Shown here one piece after another: positions 42,913-53,104 of a DNA stretch of 64,000 nucleotides. The position numbers and the translations under genes were made by a program. The notes beneath the pieces are model-generated. The model was not told where the DNA came from and made no database searches. It saw only the letters and a list, made by a program, of their open reading frames with translations. Source of the DNA: an uncultured delta proteobacterium (GTDB lineage Bacteria; Myxococcota; B64-G9); assembly GCA_963754925.1 (NCBI GenBank), contig CAVWHX010000004.1:800001-864000 (forward strand), read 5' to 3'. How positions within the stretch are numbered: the stretch's first letter is position 1; each line of letters starts with the position of its first letter.

Positions 42913-43455
42913 TTATTTCTCGGTAAGGACGGTAACACCTTCGACGGGGATTGCTTTTCCAGCCCAAAGAATTTCTGTGTTTTTGGCCGATTCTATAAGC
43001 AACCAGCGATCGTTCGGGCCCGCATAGAGAACCAGTCTTTGATTTTCGGCAAGCTGGAGCGGCGAGCCCTGGCGCGCATAGGTGCCCTCTTTGCGCGCGA
43101 TGGTCTCGGGAAAACCCTCCTCGCGAAGCTCGCCTTTGTTGGGAAGATAATACGCGTGGCCTAAATCCTTAGCGATGATAAGCCGCGCGTGTCCGTCTTC
43201 CCGCTCGAGGACAAATAACAACACCGCGCCCGTTGGCAGCATAATCTCTTGAGTAGCGCCGACCTGGTAGGTTCGACCCAAGACGATGGCCACATCCCCG
43301 GGTTTCATCGTTGTCGGAGAGCTTGTCTTGTCGACCGTGGCGGAACCGATGTTTCTGCGAACGCGCGCGCGCAGGATCAACGCGGCGGTAATCAATAAAC
43401 CAAAAATACCCAACACCAATAACAATAACGGTAACAGATTAGCAAAAGCTTGCAT
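42913..43455 (-). CDS. Hypothetical protein with N-terminal membrane anchor
   Basis: ATG at 43455, MQAFANLLPLLLLVLGIFGLL. The upstream part of the track ORF is the antisense of the aconitase gene. Confidence 0.65.
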   Translation of the reverse strand: MQAFANLLPLLLLVLGIFGLLITAALILRARVRRNIGSATVDKTSSPTTMKPGDVAIVLGRTYQVGATQEIMLPTGAVLLFVLEREDGHARLIIAKDLGHAYYLPNKGELREEGFPETIARKEGTYARQGSPLQLAENQRLVLYAGPNDRWLLIESAKNTEILWAGKAIPVEGVTVLTEK

Positions 43456-43575
43456 ACGTGGTTTGTATCGTGCCGCGTCCCGTCTTTCAACCCAAATCTT
43501 GCTTTGAACCGATCGAGAGCGCAAAATAAGACGTTGGGCGTCATAACATTTCCCACAAGGGGCACGAGGGAGCGC

Positions 43576-45504
43576 ATGGAAACGAGTGTCACCTACAAGA
43601 TTCTCGAAAAGCACCTGGTGCATGGCAAAGTTCGTCCTGGTGAGGAAATTGGGCTGCGCGCCGACCAAATACTCATCCAAGACGGTCTGGGAACCATGGT
43701 CTTTGCCCAGTTGGCCAAGTTCGGGCGCCCCCGCAGCCAAAGTAAATTCGCTATTTGTTATGTCGACCACTCGGTGATGCAATTAACCACCGATACCGCC
43801 GCCGAACAGCGCTTCTTGCATGATTCATGCGCCAACTTTCGGGTGCATTATTCCAAGGCCGGTAACGGTATCGGTCACCAGGTCCATCTCGAGCGCTTCG
43901 GGGTGCCCGGGCAACTGCTGCTCGGCGCCGATAGTCATGTCTCGACCCTGGGAGGTCTGGGAATGCTGGCGATCGCCGTAAGCGGCCTCGAGTCGGCGGT
44001 GGCGCTTACCGGCACCCCGCAGTATCTGGTATGCCCGGCAGTCACCCGGGTGGTGCTCACCGGGTCTTTACGGCCATGGTGTTCCGCAAAAGATGTGATC
44101 CTCCACAGCATGGGTTTGCTTGCCGATGGCAACGGCGGCGGTACCGCGCTTGAGTTCACGGGACCGGGCACCAAGACACTCTCGGTTCCGGCGCGCGCGA
44201 CCATCGCCAATATGAGCGCCGAGCTCGGCATTGTATCTGTCCTGTTTCCCTCTGATGAGATAACACGGGCGTATCTCGTTTCCCAGGGCCGTCTGCGCGA
44301 CTTCCACGCGTTAACCATCAGCCTCACCGCCGTGGTAGCCAAGCAAATCACGGTCGACCTTTCCAGCGTTGTTCCGATGGTGGCGTTACCGCATAGCCCC
44401 CAGGGTGCGGTGCCGGTGGCCGATGTGGCCGGGCGTTCCGTCCAGCAGGTAACCATAGGCACGTGCACCAATGGCTCTTACGAGGATCTGGCCCGCGTTG
44501 CCATGATCCTCAAACGCAATAAGGTTCATCCAGCAGTCAACGTGGTAGTTACTCCCGGCTCACGGCAAGCTCTGCAAACCTTAAGCGCTCAAGGAGCGTT
44601 AGGGGACCTTTTAGCCGCGGGCGTTCGCTTGCAAGAACCGTCCTGCGGTTTTTGTTTCGGCCAGGGGCAGGTGCCCGGGAGCGGCTGGGTAAGCGTCAGC
44701 ACCGGTAGCCGCAACTACCAGGGCCGCTGCGGAACCATGGACGCCCAGGTCTACCTCGTTAGCCCTGAGACGGCAGCCGCTACCGCCCTAACCGGGGTAC
44801 TCACCGATCCGCGGACGTTGCACAAACAGCAAAAACAGCCGAAGCCGATACGCACCATGGTGATCGACGATAGCTTGATCCATTCACCCTCTCGCAAGGG
44901 GTTGTCCGAGAGAAAACGATCCCCAGCCATCGTCGAGCTTCCAACCATAAAACCGTTGTCGTTGTCGGTTAATGGTGAAGCGGTACTTAAAGTTGGTGAT
45001 AACATTTCTACCGAACAGATCCTGCCGATCACCCGCTGGCTTAATAACCCTTCCAGTGTCCAGAATTTCTCGCGTTTTGTCTTTGAATCAATTGATCCGC
45101 AGTTTGTGGTGCGCGCCGAAGAAAACATTCAGCGCGAGCTGTATAATTTGATCGTCGCAGGCCATACCTACGGACATGGTTCGAGCCACGAGTATGCTGC
45201 CTGTGGACTGATGTATTTGGGCGTTCGGGCGGTTTTGGCAAAGAGCATCGACCGGGCGCACACTACCCAACTTATCAATTATGGGATTATGCCTCTCCTA
45301 TTTGTTGACGAACGGGAGTACGATCAGATCCGTCGGGACGACCCGCTCGAGCTTCCCTGGATCGGCGATGAGCTGAAAAAGTCCGAGGTGATCACTGTCC
45401 GAAATCCCGACACGGGACATGAGTTCAAGGTCAGACACGGCTTCAGTCGCCGGCAGGTCGATATCCTGCTATCGGGTGGTCTCTTTAATTATGTGGCGCG
45501 ATGA
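43576..45504 (+). CDS. Aconitase-family (short, ~640 aa) Fe-S hydratase with divergent active site
   Basis: YVDH, HQVHLERF, GADSH, IGTCTN and CGFC (three cluster Cys), C-terminal swivel domain GHGSSHEYAA. Confidence 0.88.
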   Translation: METSVTYKILEKHLVHGKVRPGEEIGLRADQILIQDGLGTMVFAQLAKFGRPRSQSKFAICYVDHSVMQLTTDTAAEQRFLHDSCANFRVHYSKAGNGIGHQVHLERFGVPGQLLLGADSHVSTLGGLGMLAIAVSGLESAVALTGTPQYLVCPAVTRVVLTGSLRPWCSAKDVILHSMGLLADGNGGGTALEFTGPGTKTLSVPARATIANMSAELGIVSVLFPSDEITRAYLVSQGRLRDFHALTISLTAVVAKQITVDLSSVVPMVALPHSPQGAVPVADVAGRSVQQVTIGTCTNGSYEDLARVAMILKRNKVHPAVNVVVTPGSRQALQTLSAQGALGDLLAAGVRLQEPSCGFCFGQGQVPGSGWVSVSTGSRNYQGRCGTMDAQVYLVSPETAAATALTGVLTDPRTLHKQQKQPKPIRTMVIDDSLIHSPSRKGLSERKRSPAIVELPTIKPLSLSVNGEAVLKVGDNISTEQILPITRWLNNPSSVQNFSRFVFESIDPQFVVRAEENIQRELYNLIVAGHTYGHGSSHEYAACGLMYLGVRAVLAKSIDRAHTTQLINYGIMPLLFVDEREYDQIRRDDPLELPWIGDELKKSEVITVRNPDTGHEFKVRHGFSRRQVDILLSGGLFNYVAR

Positions 45505-45521
45505 CCCGCCCAAAAAATCCA

Positions 45522-46145
45522 TTAGAAATGAAACCCAAGAGTGGCGGTGAGACTCGCCCAATTTGGATTGGCGCTGTCGAAATAAAATCCATTGCTGTGA
45601 TTACGCCCGCCATCTACTACAATTGCATAGTTTGCCAGTATCCCCACCGATAGCCAGCGCAAGAGCTGATAGCTTAATCCAGCCCCGAGCTCGACTATTC
45701 CAAGGCTGTTTTCATAAGAAACGGTAAAAGACCCGTCTTTATTATTTTGTTCGTAGGTAAATATTTTGCCGCCGCCAACTTCGAGAATTACACGCAGGGA
45801 GTAGAACACGGGTATCATGACCCTCAACCCACCGGCTAGCCTGCTATAATCTCGTCGTACGTTACTGGTAGTGTAATCACTATTTGGTATCGTTTCGTTC
45901 CCGAAGAACGAATAAGAACCGCGAAAATAAAACAAAAACATAGGGGGAAAGTCGTACAATGTGCCGCCTACTCCAAATAAAATGCCGGACTCTAACCCCA
46001 CCCCCTGGTGTATAACACCGTGCTGGAGAGTTGTGCCCGTGAACGACTCGACCATAAAATTACTCGAATCAGCCATAACCGGCGGCGAGAACAATACAAC
46101 ACCACATACCACCAAAAGCTTTGATATTCTTTGATGATTCCACAT
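45522..46145 (-). CDS. Outer-membrane beta-barrel protein
   Basis: Signal peptide, alternating beta strands, C-terminal LTATLGFHF ending in Phe. Confidence 0.72.
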   Translation of the reverse strand: MWNHQRISKLLVVCGVVLFSPPVMADSSNFMVESFTGTTLQHGVIHQGVGLESGILFGVGGTLYDFPPMFLFYFRGSYSFFGNETIPNSDYTTSNVRRDYSRLAGGLRVMIPVFYSLRVILEVGGGKIFTYEQNNKDGSFTVSYENSLGIVELGAGLSYQLLRWLSVGILANYAIVVDGGRNHSNGFYFDSANPNWASLTATLGFHF

Positions 46146-46466
46146 CCATGTGCCCTTCTGAAAAATCCACCCGCTCAATCTGACTGACAGCAATGAATAT
46201 GCCACTCGCGCTGTATCTCAACATCGCTCTGTATATAAAGCTGTTTTGAAAAACTTACCAAAAGACCGTCCCTGGTAACTCGCTCAAACGAATTCACAAC
46301 CGCAACCCGGCAGCGCTAGCAAAGCAAATAAGTCTTTCCAAAACAGCTTGGTGGGTGATGTGATGAAATGCATCGATACTTCCTTCAGATTGTTGCAACT
46401 TTTCACAGTCGTTATATCTTGTAACAGGCGCGAAAGAGTGTTAACGTTCGATACGGGTTGACATCC

Positions 46467-47873
46467 ATGCCGGCAACATCGGAAAGTTCCCCTCTCGACT
46501 CCAAGTTTTGGCCCTGGCCAATCCTGTTAGTGGTTTCGGTCGGAACGTTACTTACCGCCCTAGCAGGCTCGATCGCTCCTTTGATTTTACCGGCGCTTTC
46601 TAACGATCTTGGTATATCGCTCGTGGCCTCGCGCTGGGTTGTATTGGCATTTTTACTCACTATGACCGTCCTATTGCTGCTTGCCGGTCGGGCTGGCGAC
46701 CTGCTGGGGCTTCGAACGGTGTATTTATCAGGATTTATGCTCTTTGGCGCGATGTCGTTGATAGGTGGATTGGCGCAGTCATTTTGGCTGCTCATCGTAT
46801 CCAGGATATTACAGGCTGTAGGCGGCGCCATGATCCTGACAGCCGGGCCAGCGTTGCTCACTACTAATTTTCCACCTGAAAAACGCGGGCAAGCGCTCGG
46901 CTTGGCAGCCACCGCAACGTACCTTGGCTTAACGGTTGGGCCGACCCTGGGTGGATTCATAATCTCAAACCTCAATTGGCGCTGGACGTTTTTTATCAAC
47001 GTTCCGATAGCGGTGATCACCACTATTTTGGGGCTGATTTTTTTGCCCAAAAACCAGCCCCGACAAGCCCGGCGCCCTGACTGGTTGGGAATGGCCACCT
47101 GGACCGTTGGAGTGTCGTTATGCCTCCTGGTAATTACCAAGGGGATCGAGTGGGGGGCACACCATGTATTGACGTGGGGTAGTCTCCTCATCGGCGTCGT
47201 CACTCTGGTTGCATTTGTGATCAATGAATTACAACAGAGGGACCCGGTGCTGACCCTCTCGTTGTTTCGTCAGCGTCTCTTTGCCGGGGCAACCATCAGC
47301 GCGCTGTGCAACTACATCGCTTTGTTTGTTCCCATGATACTGATGCCATTTTTCCTCATGGAAGGTATCGCTATTTCACCGAAGCAGGCAGGGCTCGTGC
47401 TCTCAAGCCAACCTCTGATGATGGCATTGGTGGCTTCGCCGTTCGGGTGGCTGTCGGATCGCATCGGCAGCCGCGGGATAGCAACACTTGGCATGCTTAC
47501 CATGGCTGGCGGTCTCCTCGGTTTATCAACGCTTTGCGCCTCGAGTACCGTATGGGACGCAGCCCTGTGGTACGGTATTATCGGACTGGGTACCGGCGTA
47601 TTCATTTCGCCGAACTCAAGTGCGCTCATGGGCTCGGTACCCCGCACGCAGCAAGGACTCGCGGCCGGTATTATGGCGATAACGCGCAATCTCGGGATGC
47701 TCATCGGCGCAGCAACTGCCACCGCCATCTACCAGTTTGCCGGCGGGCATACCGGTCGAGCATGGATTGAGACAGACTACCAAGCGCTGCATATCGCATT
47801 ACAAGTCTCAGTTCCGGTGGCTTTGATTGGAGCGGTTTCGGCGGCGCTGCGAGGCGCCAAGAACACCGTATAA
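46467..47873 (+). CDS. MFS drug/H+ antiporter (DHA2-like)
   Basis: Motif A GRAGDLLGLR, SRILQAVGGA, GPTLGG, WRWTFFINVPI; second motif A GWLSDRIGSR. Confidence 0.92.
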   Translation: MPATSESSPLDSKFWPWPILLVVSVGTLLTALAGSIAPLILPALSNDLGISLVASRWVVLAFLLTMTVLLLLAGRAGDLLGLRTVYLSGFMLFGAMSLIGGLAQSFWLLIVSRILQAVGGAMILTAGPALLTTNFPPEKRGQALGLAATATYLGLTVGPTLGGFIISNLNWRWTFFINVPIAVITTILGLIFLPKNQPRQARRPDWLGMATWTVGVSLCLLVITKGIEWGAHHVLTWGSLLIGVVTLVAFVINELQQRDPVLTLSLFRQRLFAGATISALCNYIALFVPMILMPFFLMEGIAISPKQAGLVLSSQPLMMALVASPFGWLSDRIGSRGIATLGMLTMAGGLLGLSTLCASSTVWDAALWYGIIGLGTGVFISPNSSALMGSVPRTQQGLAAGIMAITRNLGMLIGAATATAIYQFAGGHTGRAWIETDYQALHIALQVSVPVALIGAVSAALRGAKNTV

Positions 47874-47903
47874 TTCAATGTTCAAACACCACGAGCGTGC
47901 CGC

Positions 47904-49280
47904 TTATCCTTTCCCTCGTACCAATCTTGAGATAATTTCAGATATACCTTGTTTTTGCTTTCGCGATTCAAACCGGCCAACCGCGACAGCTGCCTTGGCG
48001 ATGAAGGGAAGCAAACGCAAACCCAGGCCAGGCATGCTGGCGATGGATTTCGCAAGCAAGGCAAAATCAATATCAGACGGTTGCGGCAACGTCTGCATCA
48101 ATAGTGATCGAATAACCGTGGACTGGATCAAACCAGAACTAATCAGCAAGTCCACCTCGTCCTCTAATAACGATTGCAAAGCTTGTCGCGCGATATCAGC
48201 GAGGATAAGCTGCAATCCAAATTGTTTTTCGACTGAAGACTGGTAGGCCGCGAGCGTCTCGAGCGCGCCCGGATCAGGAGCCGTCGCGACGGCATTTTTG
48301 AGTAATTGCGCCGCGCATAACCCTAGTCCCGTACCGCTTCCGGTGACCGAATAAACCTGGCAGGCGGCGTCACCGATAAGCGCGACTCCCGGCGCTATTA
48401 CGTTGTCGCAGGGTTTCCGTACGGGAATGCGTCCCTGGCCGCCGAACACGCTTTTACCGATCCAAGGTTCCTGTTCTTTTACACGCGCCAGCCAATCAGG
48501 ACCAGTCGTGTGCTTGCCATCATCGATAGTTTTACATCCGAGCTCCACCTCTCGCAGATCGGAATGAAGTAAAATACCTACGCGAGAATATCCCCCGTCG
48601 ATCCCGGCAAACGTAAGCACTTCGCCCGGCTGTAAGCCGTATCGATCCAGGAAGCGTTGCGCCAAAGCCCGGTCCTTAACCAAGCAGAGCTCCTTGGCGG
48701 CGATACACGTATCAATAGAGCCAACCTCAGGGCACGTCGATACCAGAGCCGGAATCAGGTTACGCACGGCACCCCGCATGCCGCTTGCATCAACAAACAG
48801 CCTGGCGCGCAGATCGATCCGCTTTCTCCTCTTTTGTCTTGAGACGGCCTCGGCTTGAAGCGTCAGCGGTCTTTCACCATCGAACTCAAAGCCTATCGCC
48901 CTCGTCCGATCAAGGATCTCAACGCCGCACGCCTGCGCCGATGCTTGTAGAAAGGCAACGAGCGCGCGCATGTCGACAACACACAGCGGATTTTCATCGA
49001 CGGTTATTCGACCCGTAGAATTTCTGCCTAACACGGTGAAGGGCCCGCGGAGCATTCTGATTTCTGGCATGCTCCGATAATCAATACCGGCTCGTTCGAG
49101 CATCCATGGCGGTATTTCATTGTTCCAACGCGCGCCAGCCGCTGCCTGATCGCGCTCCTCTATAAGGACGACGTTCAATCCGGCCTGCGCGAGCATCCAG
49201 GCTGCAGCAGATCCGGATGAACCCGCGCCAACCACCACGGCGTCACAGTCGCGCGTAACCATTTTCGATGTCGGCGTCAT
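47904..49280 (-). CDS. FAD-dependent oxidoreductase (geranylgeranyl reductase-like)
   Basis: DAVVVGAGSSG, VDASG, LIGDAACQV...GSG. Confidence 0.8.
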   Translation of the reverse strand: MTPTSKMVTRDCDAVVVGAGSSGSAAAWMLAQAGLNVVLIEERDQAAAGARWNNEIPPWMLERAGIDYRSMPEIRMLRGPFTVLGRNSTGRITVDENPLCVVDMRALVAFLQASAQACGVEILDRTRAIGFEFDGERPLTLQAEAVSRQKRRKRIDLRARLFVDASGMRGAVRNLIPALVSTCPEVGSIDTCIAAKELCLVKDRALAQRFLDRYGLQPGEVLTFAGIDGGYSRVGILLHSDLREVELGCKTIDDGKHTTGPDWLARVKEQEPWIGKSVFGGQGRIPVRKPCDNVIAPGVALIGDAACQVYSVTGSGTGLGLCAAQLLKNAVATAPDPGALETLAAYQSSVEKQFGLQLILADIARQALQSLLEDEVDLLISSGLIQSTVIRSLLMQTLPQPSDIDFALLAKSIASMPGLGLRLLPFIAKAAVAVGRFESRKQKQGISEIISRLVRGKG

Positions 49281-49495
49281 GGAAAATTAATTAGTCCTTC
49301 TAGCGCTCAGGGACAAGGGTGATGTCGTCGATACGAAGCTAGCCGCATTTCCGTTTTAATTCAAGAAGATAAACAAATCAAACACCGTAACTTTTTGACA
49401 AATCAATGTCGATTGTGATAGGGGGAGACAAACTTGATTGTCGCCGGATAATGGTGTGGTAGACGGCGCTCAGCGGTAATCTCGAGGGATCTTCA

Positions 49496-50245
49496 GTGCG
49501 GACTGTCTACTTCGACATCGATGATAAAACCGATGAATTGCGTGGAGAGATACTTAAGAATCGAACCAAGGCCCAGACTTTTTTCGAACGGTTTGAGGTT
49601 TCGTGGATTTATCATGAAAATGCCATGGAAGGGCTGGTCCTCGACCTGTTCGATCTTAAGGCAGCGCTTGACCACGCAACGCTTGAAGACGGAGTACTCA
49701 TCCCCACCTATCAACGCATTCGAAACATAAAAAACGCCATTGATAAAGTCAAAAAGGTGGTCGCCAGCAACCGGACGCCAAACTTGCAGTTCATCAAGGG
49801 TCTGCATGTGATCTTGTCGAACGGCATCGCCGGTCAGTCGGGCGGGATGTATCGCCGGGAAATCCCCATTCACCGAAACTATTTTCATGACATCATTCAG
49901 CCAACTCGAATCAGCCCCGCGATGAGCAACTTCCTGCGCCAGCTGCAAAGCAAGGAGTTCAGGCAATTACATCCGTTCCGGCAGGCAGCCGAAGCCCACT
50001 ACCGATTGATGGCTATCTTTCCGTTTGATGAAGACAACGGTAAAGTGGCTCGTTTGCTCATGAACTTCTATACCATGCGCAACAACTATTTTCCGGTCAT
50101 CCTTCCCGATGTTGAGCGCCAGCGCTATTACGAGTCGCTCCGCAGTGGTTTCGAGGTTCTCCACAGTTTGATTGTCGAATGCATGGAACGCGAGCTCGAG
50201 TTGGCGCTGAAGTTCTTTACCGAAGGCGGCAAAGGGGTATTCTAA
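49496..50245 (+). CDS. Fic-domain protein with non-canonical motif
   Basis: WIYHENAMEG, IKGLHVIL, GMYRR, IFPFDEDNGKVARLLMN. Confidence 0.85.
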   Translation: MRTVYFDIDDKTDELRGEILKNRTKAQTFFERFEVSWIYHENAMEGLVLDLFDLKAALDHATLEDGVLIPTYQRIRNIKNAIDKVKKVVASNRTPNLQFIKGLHVILSNGIAGQSGGMYRREIPIHRNYFHDIIQPTRISPAMSNFLRQLQSKEFRQLHPFRQAAEAHYRLMAIFPFDEDNGKVARLLMNFYTMRNNYFPVILPDVERQRYYESLRSGFEVLHSLIVECMERELELALKFFTEGGKGVF

Positions 50246-50249
50246 ACAG

Positions 50250-51155
50250 TCATCCCCGTGAATTCATGAGCGCGCGCAAGGACTGGCCGCAATTGCTGCC
50301 GATACTATCTTCGCGCTCGTCCCCAATGCTTTCGATAACGTTGAACCCGTGCTCTCGAAGGCTCTGACACAGGGCATCAAGTTTTGTTTTGCGCGCTGAT
50401 CGTAGAATCGTTTCGATACCCTGTGCCGCACCACGCTCGGTCGGGTTGACCGGCGTGATCTTAATCGCAAAGAACGCAGGTGAAAACAACGCTTGCAGCA
50501 CCGCTGGATCGAAGGCCACCCCGTTCGCCAACGCAAAATTCAAGACCACCGTACGATCGCCAGGCTCGAAGAAACGTCGGCCGTAGGCGGCAATCTCCTC
50601 GAGCGTCCAGTGGGGAATGGGGATGAGTCGTTTACGATCGTTCTCCCCAGTCGATTGAACGGAAAATTGCAGCTGAAAGCGGCCGTGATACAGCCGGCGT
50701 TTAATCTGCAACAGCTCTTCGAACCACGGTTCCCGCCCCCGCGGGGCCACCGTGGCCAGGCATACCCAAAACTGACCGTTGTTGATGATCGCGGGAAGAT
50801 CGATAAGAGCCTTGAGGACCGCATCGTTGAGCGCCGGTTCACCCATGCGGGCAAAGTGCACCTTGAGCTTGCGGCAGCGGCCCACCGTATTCGGATGACG
50901 GGAAAGCGCCCAGCGCACCTGGTCAAGCAGCTCGTCGGCGGTCGGGTTGCCGACAAACGCAAAGCCGGCGTCGCAACATGGGCAGCCGACCGGGCAGCCG
51001 AATTGGGTCGAGATGTTGATGAGCCATTTTTCGTCGCGATCGAGGGGCGGGATGAGACCGTCGACTATCTCGAGCATAAAGCGCGGGTCGTTGCGAAATT
51101 GCGCTATCGCCACCTCGGCCACGCGCGGCTCACCCGACAGCGTGACGATCTTCAT
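50250..51155 (-). CDS. RlmN/Cfr-like radical SAM protein (divergent)
   Basis: ISTQFGCPVGCPCCDAG, ARMGEPALN, LQFSVQS, C-terminal IGSNCGQ. Confidence 0.85.
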   Translation of the reverse strand: MKIVTLSGEPRVAEVAIAQFRNDPRFMLEIVDGLIPPLDRDEKWLINISTQFGCPVGCPCCDAGFAFVGNPTADELLDQVRWALSRHPNTVGRCRKLKVHFARMGEPALNDAVLKALIDLPAIINNGQFWVCLATVAPRGREPWFEELLQIKRRLYHGRFQLQFSVQSTGENDRKRLIPIPHWTLEEIAAYGRRFFEPGDRTVVLNFALANGVAFDPAVLQALFSPAFFAIKITPVNPTERGAAQGIETILRSARKTKLDALCQSLREHGFNVIESIGDEREDSIGSNCGQSLRALMNSRG

Positions 51156-51174
51156 TGCCGCACCCCACGAAAGC

Positions 51175-52071
51175 TCATTTTCCTCCCCGTACATATCTGC
51201 CAGCATACAGCGCTGCCTGCTGACCGTCGGCCATCGCCAGGGCAACGTACCGATCATGACTTCTCAGAACATCGCCGGCAAGCCAAAGACCCGGAATGCC
51301 CGTTTTGGCCACCGAGTAGCTCGATAGCTGAATACCGAGGCCGTCTATTAATTCTTCACACGGTACGCGACCGATGCAAACGACGAGTACCTCTGCGGGG
51401 ATTTCGTTGCCAGCCGCATCGGCGAGCATCCATGCACCCGGCCCACCGCTGAACTTGGTAATAGTCGTACTGCTCCGTTTCTCCACACCCAGGTTCCGGG
51501 CTCGCAGCATCAACGGGGCCGTTGCTCGCAGTCGCTCAGAGCGGGCCAGGATCAAAGCCCGCCCTCCTCTCCCGACAACCGAGAGAGCGGTATCCACGGC
51601 CGCCTCCCCACCGCCAATAATTGCAACCACCGCCCCGGTTAGATCTCCAGGAAGGCTGCGCGCATCCCGATGAACACCCCGGAGCGTTTCTCCAAGACTC
51701 CAATACGCTGGCCGGGTGCCGGTCGCAAGGCACACCGTCTTGGCTCGAATTATCTGGCGATCGGTAAGCACCGCCTCAAACCCTTGGTCGCAACGAACAA
51801 GACTCACGACGCGGCCTGAACGTACGGGCACCCCGAGCTCGGTGATCTGGGTTTCCATAGTGCGAGCAAACGCATCTCCCGATAGGTTCGTTGCCCCTAG
51901 CAGGTTGGTCAGGCGTGAAGCCGCTCGAACCAACCCGCCGACCGGCTCGTCGCCGACAGTGACCATATCCAATCCATCCCGACACGCCTGGAGGGCACAC
52001 GAGGCCCCGGCTGGACCCAACCCAATGACCAGGAGATCGTATCTTTTATCCGGAACAAAAACAGTAGTCAT
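51175..52071 (-). CDS. NAD(P)/FAD-dependent oxidoreductase (TrxB-like fold, no CxxC)
   Basis: IGLGPAG, LATG, IIGGGEAAVD, LAGDV; HRDA in place of the redox CxxC. Confidence 0.82.
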   Translation of the reverse strand: MTTVFVPDKRYDLLVIGLGPAGASCALQACRDGLDMVTVGDEPVGGLVRAASRLTNLLGATNLSGDAFARTMETQITELGVPVRSGRVVSLVRCDQGFEAVLTDRQIIRAKTVCLATGTRPAYWSLGETLRGVHRDARSLPGDLTGAVVAIIGGGEAAVDTALSVVGRGGRALILARSERLRATAPLMLRARNLGVEKRSSTTITKFSGGPGAWMLADAAGNEIPAEVLVVCIGRVPCEELIDGLGIQLSSYSVAKTGIPGLWLAGDVLRSHDRYVALAMADGQQAALYAGRYVRGGK

Positions 52072-52088
52072 GTCGTTTTTTTGTCTAA

Positions 52089-52826
52089 CTAAACAGATGG
52101 CGGCCGAACTTCAATTTTGGCCTTATTGCGGGTAATAATCTGCCGAACTTCATCCATCAATCGATCGCGATCGTCCGTGGTATAACCCGAGAGGTTTATG
52201 GGCTCACCATACCGAATGCGGACCAGGCCGGGCCGGGGCAGCAGCGAGGTCTTCCGTAACACCCACAGCGTGCCGCTGATGCTGATGGGAATAACCGGCG
52301 CCCCGGCTTTCAGCGCCAACATGAACGGACCTTTCTTAAACGGCAATAGTTCATTGGTGAAGCTCCGTGTGCCCTCGGCAAAGGCCACAATCGGAATACC
52401 ATTGCGGATCTTTTCAGCCGCTCGATCCAGCGAGCGAATGGCCTTTTCCCGATTTGAGCGATCGATAGGAATATACCCAGCTAACCATAAATAGTAACCC
52501 AGGATGGGGATATTGAAAAGGGAGCGCTTGGTCAGAAAACGCAGATTGACCGGATTAGTATGAAAGATGGTGAGAATATCGAAGTGGCTTTGGTGATTGG
52601 AGATGAAAATGCAAGGCACACCTACCTTGATGTTCTCTTGGCCCTCTGCAAGTACTTTCACCCCACAAAACCATAGCAGGCCCGAAGCCCAGACATTTCG
52701 AACTATCCATTGCGAGATTCGGCCGCTGGGCCAAACAATCAGCGGTATGGTCACCAGCCAAAAGCATATAAAGGTGTACACCAGAATAAATACTAACGAA
52801 ACAAATCCGCGCACCTTCATGAGCAT
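52089..52826 (-). CDS. plsC: 1-acyl-sn-glycerol-3-phosphate acyltransferase
   Basis: NHQSHFD, IPIDRSN, FAEGTRS, PFKKG. Confidence 0.92.
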   Translation of the reverse strand: MLMKVRGFVSLVFILVYTFICFWLVTIPLIVWPSGRISQWIVRNVWASGLLWFCGVKVLAEGQENIKVGVPCIFISNHQSHFDILTIFHTNPVNLRFLTKRSLFNIPILGYYLWLAGYIPIDRSNREKAIRSLDRAAEKIRNGIPIVAFAEGTRSFTNELLPFKKGPFMLALKAGAPVIPISISGTLWVLRKTSLLPRPGLVRIRYGEPINLSGYTTDDRDRLMDEVRQIITRNKAKIEVRPPSV

Positions 52827-52875
52827 AATGGTCGATCCTAGTCTGATTTAATAATTGATATCTATAAGAAAGAAA

Positions 52876-52968
52876 TAAGAGATTCTTGCCGAGCTATGCG
52901 AGGCTTAGAATCTCTAGGAAATTCTTACTTCACTTTGTGAAGCTTAGAATTTCCTACCCCGAAGGGGG
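52876..52968 (+). repeat. Two tandem hairpin mini-element units plus a terminal CCCC-GAA-GGGG hairpin upstream of ssb
   Basis: TA-AGAGATTCT-T-GCCGAGCTATGCGAGGC-TT-AGAATCTC-TA-GGAAATTCT-T-ACTTCAC-TTT-GTGAAGC-TT-AGAATTTCC-TA-CCCC-GAA-GGGG; the first 33 nt match the 16354-16322 copy at 28 positions. Confidence 0.8.
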
Positions 52969-53104
52969 TGCGAAACAGTAATGCTTGACTTTGATGGTCA
53001 GGACATGGCGTAGTTCTTTTCAATTTTTGGAAGAAGCGAATATTCCCCTCTTGAATATTGAGGGAATACGGATTACGTTCCGGTGCGTAACGGGAGGTGC
53101 AGAC

